A stretch of 64,000 nt of DNA from the IMG/VR virus record IMGVR_UViG_3300033177_000258; one strand, 5' to 3'. Of this stretch, positions 10,172 to 18,973 are shown one piece after another. Position 1 is the first letter of the stretch; the number at the start of each line of letters is the position of its first letter. Under the pieces are notes generated by a model, which saw only the letters and a program-made list of their open reading frames with translations, was not told where the DNA came from and did no database searches. A program made the position numbers and the translations under genes. This stretch comes from a virus. Lineage: Duplodnaviria > Caudoviricetes.

Positions 10172-10417
10172 ATGACCACCATCGCCTGGAACTTTCCTTG
10201 CAACGTTTCACTCAGCGAGCAGATGGGGCGCGGTGTGCTTGGTGACGGGGACACCATCTGTCTGGCTGCGACTGTCGAGACCGTGGGGGCCGCCCTGCTT
10301 ATGGCCGGCCAGCACGGAACGGAAGAACAGGCGTTTATCGCTGCCGAAGCGTTAGTGGCCGGCCTCTGCAAACTGGGGCCGGCCGCTACCGTCTCATGTT
10401 CCATCAGCATCCCCTGA
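10172..10417 (+). CDS. hypothetical protein
   Basis: ATG 1 nt after the upstream stop; fills the operon gap. Confidence 0.45.
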   Translation: MTTIAWNFPCNVSLSEQMGRGVLGDGDTICLAATVETVGAALLMAGQHGTEEQAFIAAEALVAGLCKLGPAATVSCSISIP

Positions 10418-10432
10418 CCCGGAGGAAGACCC

Positions 10433-12286
10433 TTGGACCCTGCCCTGCTCAACAAGATTGCCCACGCCAAGTGCGAGACCATCCTGCCCAGCATCCCGGA
10501 CAACACGTTCGACATGATTTACTGGGACCCGCCGTACTACCTGCGGCTCGGGCGCGAGCGCCTGCTTACGCTGGAGAGCGGCCGGGAAGTCAATGGCTGC
10601 TTCGAGGAGTGGGACCAATTCGAGAGCCTGGAAGACTATGACCAGAAGATGGGCACCGTCATAGCCGAACTTCAGCGGGTGCTCAAGCCATCTGGAAGCC
10701 TGTGGGCCAGCGGAACCTACCATTGCGTGCATCGTATCGGACGGCTTGCCGAGGACCTTGGCATGTGGCACTTCAGTGAGTGTATATGGCAGAAATGTCT
10801 CTCACGAACTACCAGGCTGTACGTGAGGTGGGGGGAAGAAGGTGAGCGTGAAGGGGTCGCGACACTAGAAGACGTGGCTGAAGCCAAGTCCCAGGTATAT
10901 CTCTGGGATGGGGTAAAATGGAATCGCGTAAAGCAGATAGCCCGTACTGCACAGCCGGAAGCGCCGCTAGGCCTCAGACTGCGTAATGGGGAAATTGTGC
11001 GGTGCACCGCTAATCATCGGTGGCCGACCAATCGCGGGCTGTTGCGTGCTGACGAAGTGCGTCCCGGAGACATCATTGAGACCTGCCGGCTACCCGAGCC
11101 GCCCTCAAAAGCAAAGAACAAACACATACCGGATGCAATTGGGTGGCTGGTTGGACTCTTTCTTGCCGAGGGCAGTTGGGACCGCGTTGACAAGGATGGC
11201 GGATACGCTTTCAAGCTGTCTATCCATACAGATGAGCTCGGGGCGTTTCTCCCTCGCGTTCGGGAAGCCGCAGACTGGTACGACAGCACCGTCTCGACAT
11301 ACACGTCCGGGAACAGGACTTACATCCGAGTTTGCGGCCGGGTCCTATGCCAGATAGTCTCAACGTATATCAGCGGAGACAGCTCTAGAACCAAGCATCT
11401 TCGGCCAGTAGTGTGGGACCGAAGCAATCTATTCCTAGAAGAATTATTCCAAGGGTATCTCGACGGAGACGGAAGCAGCTATGGTGTGGGGCAGTGGAGG
11501 CTGGGCTTCTCTCGCAATGATACTTTAGCCAGCCAACTCCGTACTTTGGGGGCTCGGTTGGGTTACCAAGTGTATGTGAAACCGACGAGAGCATCCAAAA
11601 AGGACAATGTGGACGCCGGGTTTTCTGGGTGGGTCAGCAATGGCGCGTCTCGTCAGCGTGCGAACAGTGGAGAGGTCGTCGCCATCGTTGGCTCCAAGGC
11701 CGATGCCGTATTCTACGACATCTGTCTAGAGGAAGAGCCCCACCTGTTCGCACTAGCTTCGGGCATACTTAGCCACAACAGCAACCCGATGCCCAACTTC
11801 CTCAAGGCGCGCCCCACCAACAGCTTCGAGACCCTGCTCTGGTTCTGCAAGAACGAGAAGAGCTCCAAACAGGTTAGCCGCAAGTTCAACTTCGAGCTCA
11901 TGCGGGAGTATGGCATCAATGACCACGGGTCGGCTGGCGGCATGGGTATCTGGAAGGTGGCTCTGTGTCAGGGGGGAGAGCGGCTGAAGAGCGACGGGGA
12001 GTCTCTGCACAGCACTCAGAAGCCACTGGAGCTCCTGCGCCGGATGCTGAGTGTCTGTACCGCGCAGGGGGACCTGGTGCTGGACCCGATGGGTGGTACG
12101 TGCACCACCGCCGTGGCCTGCAAGCAGATGCGCCGCAACTTCGTAGTGATTGAGCAGATAGCTAAGTATGCGGAGGCGGGACGTGGGCGTCTCAAGAAAC
12201 TTAGCCCTCTGGACATTATCGCTACGGAGACAGACGATGAACGAAATAGGAAGGCAGGTGCTTCGGCAGAGACTGGAGACGATTAG
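10433..12286 (+). CDS. beta-class DNA adenine methyltransferase (CcrM/M.HinfI-like) containing an intein
   Basis: DPPY, WDQFES, IWQK|SNPMPNF, ETLLW, LCQGGERLK..HSTQKP, VLDPMGG; closely parallels CcrM-family motifs. Confidence 0.9.
   Translation: MDPALLNKIAHAKCETILPSIPDNTFDMIYWDPPYYLRLGRERLLTLESGREVNGCFEEWDQFESLEDYDQKMGTVIAELQRVLKPSGSLWASGTYHCVHRIGRLAEDLGMWHFSECIWQKCLSRTTRLYVRWGEEGEREGVATLEDVAEAKSQVYLWDGVKWNRVKQIARTAQPEAPLGLRLRNGEIVRCTANHRWPTNRGLLRADEVRPGDIIETCRLPEPPSKAKNKHIPDAIGWLVGLFLAEGSWDRVDKDGGYAFKLSIHTDELGAFLPRVREAADWYDSTVSTYTSGNRTYIRVCGRVLCQIVSTYISGDSSRTKHLRPVVWDRSNLFLEELFQGYLDGDGSSYGVGQWRLGFSRNDTLASQLRTLGARLGYQVYVKPTRASKKDNVDAGFSGWVSNGASRQRANSGEVVAIVGSKADAVFYDICLEEEPHLFALASGILSHNSNPMPNFLKARPTNSFETLLWFCKNEKSSKQVSRKFNFELMREYGINDHGSAGGMGIWKVALCQGGERLKSDGESLHSTQKPLELLRRMLSVCTAQGDLVLDPMGGTCTTAVACKQMRRNFVVIEQIAKYAEAGRGRLKKLSPLDIIATETDDERNRKAGASAETGDD
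10796..11779 (+). mobile_element. intein with LAGLIDADG homing endonuclease (328 aa)
   Basis: Starts CLSRTT, block B CTANHRW, LVGLFLAEGS and FQGYLDGDGS, ends ILSHN followed by Ser; lower GC than flanks. Confidence 0.92.
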
Positions 12287-12521
12287 TGAGACCATCACCC
12301 GAGTGGCCGGCTTTCACGAGCCTGTGCGGACCCACCGCCTACATGGGAGCGCACGGGCCCTGCGCCAGACGGCTAAGTCGTGCAAGGACGTACATGAGGA
12401 GCACCTGGCCCGTCGCGTCACCGTCGCTTCCGTGCTGCTGTTCAAGAACCCCGCCGAACCAGACGAAGCTCTGAAAGTGCTCGCAGAAATCACCGAGGGC
12501 CTGGTGTCAAAAAAAGGTTGA
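12237..12521 (+). CDS. hypothetical protein
   Basis: ATG after GGAG, overlapping the methyltransferase end. Confidence 0.5.
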   Translation: MNEIGRQVLRQRLETISETITRVAGFHEPVRTHRLHGSARALRQTAKSCKDVHEEHLARRVTVASVLLFKNPAEPDEALKVLAEITEGLVSKKG

Positions 12522-12546
12522 CAGGATTCGCCAACCTTGTTATCAT
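12514..12546 (+). promoter_or_regulatory. sigma70 promoter with overlapping inverted-repeat operator
   Basis: TTGACA(12518)-17 nt-TATCAT(12541) with extended TGn; AAGGTTG-11 nt-CAACCTT overlaps the -35 box. Confidence 0.75.
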
Positions 12547-12564
12547 CGCCTCGGTGAGAGAACT

Positions 12565-13482
12565 ATGAGCGACAACAAACCCCTTATCACACAGATGGTC
12601 CAGAAGCGCGGGCTCAACATCTCTGAGCTCGCCAAGAAGCTCGACATCAGCCGCACCAGCCTCTACGACCTGTCCAACCCCGACAAGCCGTCCACTGCCG
12701 CCATGCTGAATCTGGTATGCGCCGAGCTGAAGTGTGCACCCCAGGACATCATGCCGCTTAGTAAGCTCGCGCAGTTCATCGGCGGCGGCTGGGAGAACTC
12801 GGGCCAGGTAGCGGTCATCGGCTCCAGCGCCTTCCATCGCGCCAAGCTGCGCGGGATGGGCCAGGACATGGCCGGTCTCGCGGCGGAGCTGTGTATCGCC
12901 TTCTGGCGCTACAAGCACTCCCTGCCATCAGCCAAGCAGGTGGGGGACCTGGCGAAGGAACTGGCCGGCCAGGACGGCAAGAAGGTCGTGGAGGTCGTGT
13001 GGGAGGTGTTGACGGACCCCGTGGTAGTGACGCTCCGGGGCCCCAGCGACTTCGACGCGGAGACCCCCAGCGTCTTCCTCATCAGCCCCGTGCGGACAGA
13101 TGATGAAGAGCTCAAGCGGTTGGCCGAACGGCACACGAAGATGCTGGAGCAGCATGGGGTCAAGGTCCATTCCCCCATCCGCGATACCTACCAGGAGGAG
13201 CCGCACGGGTTTGGTATCGTCTGCCACAACATTGACGCCATATCCCGCGCGAGCGAAATCCACGTCCTGTGGCATCCTAAGTCGCAGGGCATCGCGGCGG
13301 ACCTGCAGGTGGCCATGGCCCTCTCTAAGCCGACGTTCCTCATCAATTTCGAGGGTCTGGAGCCCATGCCCGAGAAGTCCTACACCAACGTGATGCTCCT
13401 GGTTGACGCCATCTGGCGTGAGACGTTGGAGCGTCAGGGGCTGGACAGCGAAGGCATGGCCATCGCTCTGTCGCTACAATGA
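12565..13482 (+). CDS. XRE-type HTH fused to nucleoside 2-deoxyribosyltransferase-like domain
   Basis: N-term LNISELAKKLDISRTSLY; C-term VFLISPVR..VHSPIRDT..NIDAI..SQGIAADLQVAMALSKP. Confidence 0.7.
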   Translation: MSDNKPLITQMVQKRGLNISELAKKLDISRTSLYDLSNPDKPSTAAMLNLVCAELKCAPQDIMPLSKLAQFIGGGWENSGQVAVIGSSAFHRAKLRGMGQDMAGLAAELCIAFWRYKHSLPSAKQVGDLAKELAGQDGKKVVEVVWEVLTDPVVVTLRGPSDFDAETPSVFLISPVRTDDEELKRLAERHTKMLEQHGVKVHSPIRDTYQEEPHGFGIVCHNIDAISRASEIHVLWHPKSQGIAADLQVAMALSKPTFLINFEGLEPMPEKSYTNVMLLVDAIWRETLERQGLDSEGMAIALSLQ

Positions 13483-13871
13483 AAGGCGGGACCGGAATGA
13501 CTTTCGACCAGACACACAACCCGGATGCCATCTGCTCGTGCGGGCACACCTACATCAACCACTTCATAGAGCGAGTACAAGACGAAGTGGCCGGCTGCCG
13601 CTACTGTGCATGCAGGACATTCGTATTGGTCGCGCCGGGCGAACTTCCCGCGTCCCCATTTCGGTCGGCCGTCCAACAGATGGTGGGCTTGTTGATGGGC
13701 TCAGATACTGACCTGTATCTTCGCTACAAGGGCGGTGGCCGGCTGTCAAGTGAAGAGAAGGCGCGCGTAGCGTCCTGGGGGTGGGACAAAGAAGGCGAGC
13801 CTCCTCTGGCCACACCCCCAGACATTCGCGCCGGGGCTACATCGGCATATGCCGACCGACCGCTTCCTTGA
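13479..13871 (+). CDS. hypothetical protein (Cys/His motif)
   Basis: ATGA-coupled; CSCGH..H..CRYCAC. Confidence 0.55.
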   Translation: MKGGTGMTFDQTHNPDAICSCGHTYINHFIERVQDEVAGCRYCACRTFVLVAPGELPASPFRSAVQQMVGLLMGSDTDLYLRYKGGGRLSSEEKARVASWGWDKEGEPPLATPPDIRAGATSAYADRPLP

Positions 13872-14265
13872 ACTTCCGCACCTCGGACGACGACACGAAC
13901 TTCCCCTCCACCATCACGCGCTCCAGCATGTTGATGAACCTCAACTGGTCGCCCTGAGGCGCCAGCTCCCCACAGATGCGCCCCAGGTGCTGCGCCACCA
14001 TGTGCTTCGGAATGGTGGCCAGGTGCTGGAACGTCTCCTCCGTGTCCACCTTCTCCACTACCCGCTGCAGGGCGCCGGCCGTAGCGTCGTCCAGGTCGTG
14101 CTGGAACTTAGCCAGGTTCTCGCGGATGGTCTGGGCGAAGGCCTTGGTTGGGAACTGACCGGGGGCGTGCTGCGCGAACCCCTTGTTCTCTTGGATTTCG
14201 ACAGGCATTAACTTCCTCCTGGCGTTCTGCTCAGATACTAGTACCAGAGCTATCTTTACAGCCAT
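13837..14265 (-). CDS. hypothetical protein
   Basis: ORF with AGGAGGA before internal Met (MPVEIQ); start may be later than 14265. Confidence 0.55.
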   Translation of the reverse strand: MAVKIALVLVSEQNARRKLMPVEIQENKGFAQHAPGQFPTKAFAQTIRENLAKFQHDLDDATAGALQRVVEKVDTEETFQHLATIPKHMVAQHLGRICGELAPQGDQLRFINMLERVMVEGKFVSSSEVRKFKEAVGRHMPM

Positions 14266-14300
14266 TTCTGCATTTCTGCTGCAGTTCTTGGCCCCCTCTT

Positions 14301-14311
14301 CGGAATACTTC
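14301..14311 (+). promoter_or_regulatory. putative late promoter motif CGGAATACTTC (1/9)
   Basis: Exact motif upstream of the packaging genes. Confidence 0.75.
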
Positions 14312-14340
14312 CAAGGTAGCGTTTTGGAGGTCTACTCTCA

Positions 14341-15333
14341 ATGGCGCATACTTTGTGGGTCAACCCCGCCATACTGGCTCTCCTCGGGGAGAACACTGAC
14401 GCCCTGAAGGTATTGGCGGATTGGTTCATCATCGAGGAGACGTATCCCAACGGCACCGGCCGGCCCACGTACATGGGCCGCGTGGCCGGAGCAAAGAAGA
14501 CCGGCCTCAACCGCCGTCTCTCGGGCGCCAAGATTGTGCTTCAGGTGGAGAGCGATTCCACCTGGGCGACCCTTGACGGCAACAACACCCCGCGCGACCA
14601 GTACGTGTCGCTCAATGACGTTCGGCGACAGTTGGCCGCGCACAGCATCACCATCGAATTGCCCGAGAGCAAAGCCCCGGTTCGCAAGCTGGACGACGAG
14701 GCCCAGGCGGAGGAGCCTTCCACCGAGCCGCCCCAAGAAGACACTGGGGAGGCCATGGACGACAGCTTCAGGCGCCTGCTCCCCAGCATCACCGAGCACA
14801 CCCTGGTGCTGAGTCTCATTGACGCCATCCAGGACCGCAAAGAGAATCTCTTCGCTCAGCAGCGGATAGCCAAGTATTTCCAGGACTTCCCGGAGCTCAA
14901 CATCGCTCCCGACGAGACGCTGGTCGCGGCATTGATGATTAACGAGCTCACGACCTACCGGCTGCAGCGCGACGTGGCGCAGGGCAAGGATGTCAACCCC
15001 AACCAGATTGCCAAGGCCCAGGAGAACTGGATGAGCGCGGCCATGGCGCTGGGCGTGACCCGCACACAGCGGCTCAAGCAGGGCGACACGCTTGGCTCCT
15101 CTATCGCCGACCTGGCGGCGCAGTATGACGAGCTGCAGCGCCAGGCGCTGAGACAGTTCGAGCGCGACATCGAGGAAGAGAAGCCCATCATCGAGCGGGC
15201 CCGCGAGCGCCAGCAGCGCGAGCTCTCGCCGGGCACGGCGGAAGCGGTCCTGGAAGCCGAGTTCGGTATCCGTGCCGACATTCAGCGTAACGAGTTCGCT
15301 GTGACGGAGGAAGAAGCTGATGCCCCGTCTTAG
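14341..15333 (+). CDS. putative terminase small subunit / packaging-associated protein
   Basis: Directly upstream of and overlapping TerL; helical C-terminal half; call is positional. Confidence 0.45.
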   Translation: MAHTLWVNPAILALLGENTDALKVLADWFIIEETYPNGTGRPTYMGRVAGAKKTGLNRRLSGAKIVLQVESDSTWATLDGNNTPRDQYVSLNDVRRQLAAHSITIELPESKAPVRKLDDEAQAEEPSTEPPQEDTGEAMDDSFRRLLPSITEHTLVLSLIDAIQDRKENLFAQQRIAKYFQDFPELNIAPDETLVAALMINELTTYRLQRDVAQGKDVNPNQIAKAQENWMSAAMALGVTRTQRLKQGDTLGSSIADLAAQYDELQRQALRQFERDIEEEKPIIERARERQQRELSPGTAEAVLEAEFGIRADIQRNEFAVTEEEADAPS

Positions 15334-17005
15334 CCCACTCACCAAGAACGACATTGCTCTGCTGAGGCTGTTCAGAAGCGACCCCGTATTCGCCGGCACC
15401 ATTCTCATCGGCGATGAGTACATGCCGCACCAGCGGTTCTTCTACCGGGACTCGTGGAACAAGACGTTCATCATGAACGCGCGTGGTCGTGGTACCACCA
15501 AGACGTTCGACCTCAGCCGCATGGCCATCCTGGAAGCCATCCTGTACTCGGGCTGGAAGGTCGGCATCGTCGGCCCGTCGTTCCGTCAGGCCAAGTTCGT
15601 CTTCGCCGAAATCGAGCGTGCCATTAACAAGAGCCCGTTCCTGCAGCGCTGCACGATGAGAAACGGCGGCCCATCGAACCTGGCTGACCAGTCCATCTGG
15701 AAGCTCAGGAACGGCAGCATGGTCTTTGCCCTGCCGCTGGGTGATGGCAACAAGATTCGCGGCGCTCGCGCCAACAGCATCCTCATGGACGAGGCGGCGC
15801 AGATTACGCCAGAGGTCATTGACCTGGTTATCAAGCCGCTGGCGGCCACGGCTGCTGACCCGGCTGCCCAAGTGCGCCTGGCGCGCCTGAAGCGATACGA
15901 AGCCGAAATCCGCGAAGCCGGCATTGACTTCGACCGGCTGTCCCGGAGCAACCGCCTCATCCTGTCGTCTTCTGCCTACTACCAGTTCAATCACTTCTAT
16001 GAGAAGTACAAGCAGTACCTGAGGTACACCGCAGAGTTCCTTGAGGATGGCAGCCACAACCCCGAGTACGACCCGGCCTATGGGCTCTACGTGTTCGACT
16101 ACCGCGACCTGCCTGAAGGGTTCATGTCCGCTTCCGTCATCAATGACGCCATGAAGACGATGGGCGTCATCGAGTTCCTGATGGAGTGGTGCGCCTACTT
16201 CCCTGCCGACAGCGACGGCTTCTTCAACGCCAGCCTCATCCAGCAGTGCGTGAACCCGCAACTGTCCGTGCGCCTGGCCCCGGTCCCTGGCCGGCGCTAT
16301 GTGATGGCTGTTGACCCCGCCCGCACGGGTGACTACTTCGCGATTTCGGTGTTCGAAGAAGTCGAGCCCGGCCTGTGGGCCATGGTCTACTGCTTCGCGG
16401 ACAAAGGGCTCAGCACCCCCGTCATGCGCGACATCATCGGGGGCATCGCCGCCAGGTTCAACGTGGCTCACATCTGCATAGATAGAGGAGGCGGTGGCTT
16501 GGCGCTCGTGGACCTGCTCTGCGAGCCGGGGGACAAGGAAGGCTTCATGCCGCCGCTCTCAAACGTGGTGATTCCCTACGGGCAGTTCGGGCTCTTCGAT
16601 GAGGAGAACCCCGGCGACCCCAAGAACATCCTGGACCCGGTGGCGCAAAGCACCGAAGTCAACAAAGAGCTCTACATGGGCCTGAAGAGCGGCCTGGAAA
16701 CTAAGCGCATCCAGTTCGCGGGCAAGGTTGACCCGTTCGTCACCGGGGGCCCTCTACTCGAAGCGGCCGAGCAAGCTCAGGACCACATCATGGCCGCCCA
16801 GCGCGAACTTCGCGCTATCCAGATGAGCGCCAACAACAACGGCACCCTGCATTTCGACACACCGGGCAACCAGCCCAAAGACCGCGCGATAGTGACCTGT
16901 CTGGGGAACTACGCTGCGAAGCGCGTAACTCTGCAAACCACGAGCGAAGGCGACCCCTTGCCGGGTGGCTCAGTCAGTACGGGCGTATTCGGCCAGCGTC
17001 GCTAG
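15320..17005 (+). CDS. terL: terminase large subunit
   Basis: ARGRGTTKT, PSFRQAK, LPLGDGNKIRGARAN, LMDEA (Walker B), RNase H AVDPA..D, IDRGGGG, KDR. Confidence 0.92.
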   Translation: MPRLSPLTKNDIALLRLFRSDPVFAGTILIGDEYMPHQRFFYRDSWNKTFIMNARGRGTTKTFDLSRMAILEAILYSGWKVGIVGPSFRQAKFVFAEIERAINKSPFLQRCTMRNGGPSNLADQSIWKLRNGSMVFALPLGDGNKIRGARANSILMDEAAQITPEVIDLVIKPLAATAADPAAQVRLARLKRYEAEIREAGIDFDRLSRSNRLILSSSAYYQFNHFYEKYKQYLRYTAEFLEDGSHNPEYDPAYGLYVFDYRDLPEGFMSASVINDAMKTMGVIEFLMEWCAYFPADSDGFFNASLIQQCVNPQLSVRLAPVPGRRYVMAVDPARTGDYFAISVFEEVEPGLWAMVYCFADKGLSTPVMRDIIGGIAARFNVAHICIDRGGGGLALVDLLCEPGDKEGFMPPLSNVVIPYGQFGLFDEENPGDPKNILDPVAQSTEVNKELYMGLKSGLETKRIQFAGKVDPFVTGGPLLEAAEQAQDHIMAAQRELRAIQMSANNNGTLHFDTPGNQPKDRAIVTCLGNYAAKRVTLQTTSEGDPLPGGSVSTGVFGQRR

Positions 17006-17014
17006 GAGTCCTTA

Positions 17015-18610
17015 ATGGCGGAAATCATCACAGCCAAGCAGACCGGCCAGGGGCAATTCAAGATGCTCCTGCGGCAGGACGTTCTCGCCGGCCATCGGGA
17101 GTTGGCGATGGGGGGCCAAGGGACCAATCTCTTTGGCGGCAAAGCGCGCGCCGGGCTCTTCGACACCATCAACACCTCATACTCCGGGGGCGGCACCGAC
17201 GCCACCGGCCTGTTCCAGATTCCAATTTCTTCCACTGGCGGCGACCCGTTCTTGGAGTGGCAGAAGCGCTGCGACTATGTGCTGAAGCTCTACTACTGGG
17301 ATGCCGTCGTGGGCACCAGCATTGACACCCTGTGCGACCTCATCTCTGCCGGTTGCCGCGTCGTGCTTTCCGGCAAGGAAGCTACCAACAAGAAGCGCAG
17401 CAGCGGCAATGTCGCCGACTTCTACAACTGGGTGGAGACCATCGGCCTCAACGACCTGATGCGCTGGTCCATCCGCGACCATACCCTGTTCGGCCGCGCC
17501 GTCCCCATCCGCCTGGGCGAGGTAGACGGCAAGAACAGGTTCTACACCCTGTACAACCCCGCCCACTGCGCCGTGCTCGGCGCCCTCAATGTGCAGTTCG
17601 ATGACATGCTTCAGCCCGCACAGGACACCAGCAACATCATCAAGGTGGGCGTGCCGGCCGACGTTCTCAAGCCACAGAACCTCACCTACATGGGCCTGCA
17701 GAACGAGAGCGAGTACAAGCCACCGCCGTGGATGAAGCCGTTCAGCGTGGGGAGCAAGGACTACTACGTCTTCGACCCCAATGTGGTCAACTTCATTGAC
17801 CGCAAGAAGCAACCCTACTCGCGCTACCCCGTGCCGTTCCTGCTGCGCGCCAGCTTCTCGTACCGCACCAAGCGCATCATGCAGCTCATGGACGAAGCGA
17901 CCGCCGAGGACATGGTGAACTGCATCGTGCTGGTCACGGTGGGCAACGACAAGTACCCGGCGAACGTGAAGCAGATTCGCGAAATCCAGCGCGCGTTCGA
18001 GACGGACAAGCGCAGCTTCACCGTGTACTGGAACCACACGCTCAATGTCCAGATGTTGCGCCCACCGGCCGGTGAGATTCTCGGTCGCGACAAGTACGAG
18101 GCCGTCAACGCCGAGCTCTATGCTGGCATCGGCGTCCCCATGTTCCTCGTTGACGCATCGGCGGGCGGGGGCGGCAGCGGCTACAGCAACCAGTGGGTCC
18201 AGGTCGAAGTCCTGTTGCGGCGCCTGGATGTTGCCCGGCTCGAAGTCAAGGCGTTCTGGGAGCGCGAGCTCAACGCCGTAGCCCAGAAGTTCGGCATCAA
18301 GGAACGCGTCCACATCGTGTTCGACAAGGTGGACCTGCGACCACAGGACCGCTTCAAGGCCATCGTACTCGGTCTCCGGCATTTGGGCCTCATCTCGGGC
18401 CAGACAGCGTTGGAAGAGGCGGGCCACGACCCGGCCACGGAAATCGCCCGTCTTGAGGAAGAGCTTGAGTTCCAGAAGAAGGGTCTCTTCATCTCTCAGC
18501 AGACCCAGACCAAGATGGCGCAGGACCCCGGACGGCCGCCGAGCGGCCCCGGCCAGGACTACCCTCCGGGCCGGCAGCCGACAGGCGACCAACCCACTCC
18601 ACAGGCATAA
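17015..18610 (+). CDS. portal protein
   Basis: 531 aa after TerL; RKKQPYSRYPVPF, GLISGQTALEE..E..R..EE, C-terminal GRP. Confidence 0.8.
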   Translation: MAEIITAKQTGQGQFKMLLRQDVLAGHRELAMGGQGTNLFGGKARAGLFDTINTSYSGGGTDATGLFQIPISSTGGDPFLEWQKRCDYVLKLYYWDAVVGTSIDTLCDLISAGCRVVLSGKEATNKKRSSGNVADFYNWVETIGLNDLMRWSIRDHTLFGRAVPIRLGEVDGKNRFYTLYNPAHCAVLGALNVQFDDMLQPAQDTSNIIKVGVPADVLKPQNLTYMGLQNESEYKPPPWMKPFSVGSKDYYVFDPNVVNFIDRKKQPYSRYPVPFLLRASFSYRTKRIMQLMDEATAEDMVNCIVLVTVGNDKYPANVKQIREIQRAFETDKRSFTVYWNHTLNVQMLRPPAGEILGRDKYEAVNAELYAGIGVPMFLVDASAGGGGSGYSNQWVQVEVLLRRLDVARLEVKAFWERELNAVAQKFGIKERVHIVFDKVDLRPQDRFKAIVLGLRHLGLISGQTALEEAGHDPATEIARLEEELEFQKKGLFISQQTQTKMAQDPGRPPSGPGQDYPPGRQPTGDQPTPQA

Positions 18611-18644
18611 GTGGCCGTTCTTGCCTGACACGACCGAGAAATGA

Positions 18645-18655
18645 CGGAATACTTC
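18645..18655 (+). promoter_or_regulatory. putative late promoter motif (2/9)
   Basis: CGGAATACTTC after the portal stop. Confidence 0.75.
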
Positions 18656-18656
18656 C

Positions 18657-18838
18657 ACTGTGGAGTTTGCACCGGATGCGTCTCCGCCTACGGCGCGCGA
18701 AGTCTCAACGAGATTTCGGGTTGGCCCGTACCATAACGGGATGGTGTCGTATGCACCTTGACACTTGAGCGTATCAGGTTGCGACAGAGAAGCGTCTGTC
18801 GCGCAAAACTCTCAGCGTGTGGGCACAATAAAGCCCAA
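18657..18838 (+). ncRNA. unclassified multi-stem structured RNA
   Basis: Nested long-range stems GAGTTTGC/GCAAAACTC and ACCGGATGCG/CGTATCAGGT plus several local hairpins. Confidence 0.55.
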
Positions 18839-18947
18839 AAGTATCCTGGGGTCAAGCTCCAGGTAGTTCCGGGGGGCGCCCGGCAAGTAGCTCGTGAAAG
18901 CGAGAAGTCGCACAAGCGGCAGCGTCACATGTCTTACGTCCTGCACC
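18839..18947 (+). ncRNA. orphan TnpB omegaRNA scaffold plus ~20-nt guide
   Basis: 18839-18927 is a close copy of 24416-24505 with structure-preserving changes; identity stops at GCGTCA. Confidence 0.8.
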
Positions 18948-18973
18948 GAACTTCTTCCAGAAGAGGTCATTTA

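Noticed and set aside
15188-18658. Long antisense ORFs (also 27410..28666, 35317..38322, 46270..47871)
   Set aside because: Shadow frames of GC3-biased genes on the + strand.
18758-18973. N-terminal extension of the 929-aa ORF
   Set aside because: It runs through the structured RNA and omegaRNA; the RBS-supported ATG is at 18974.
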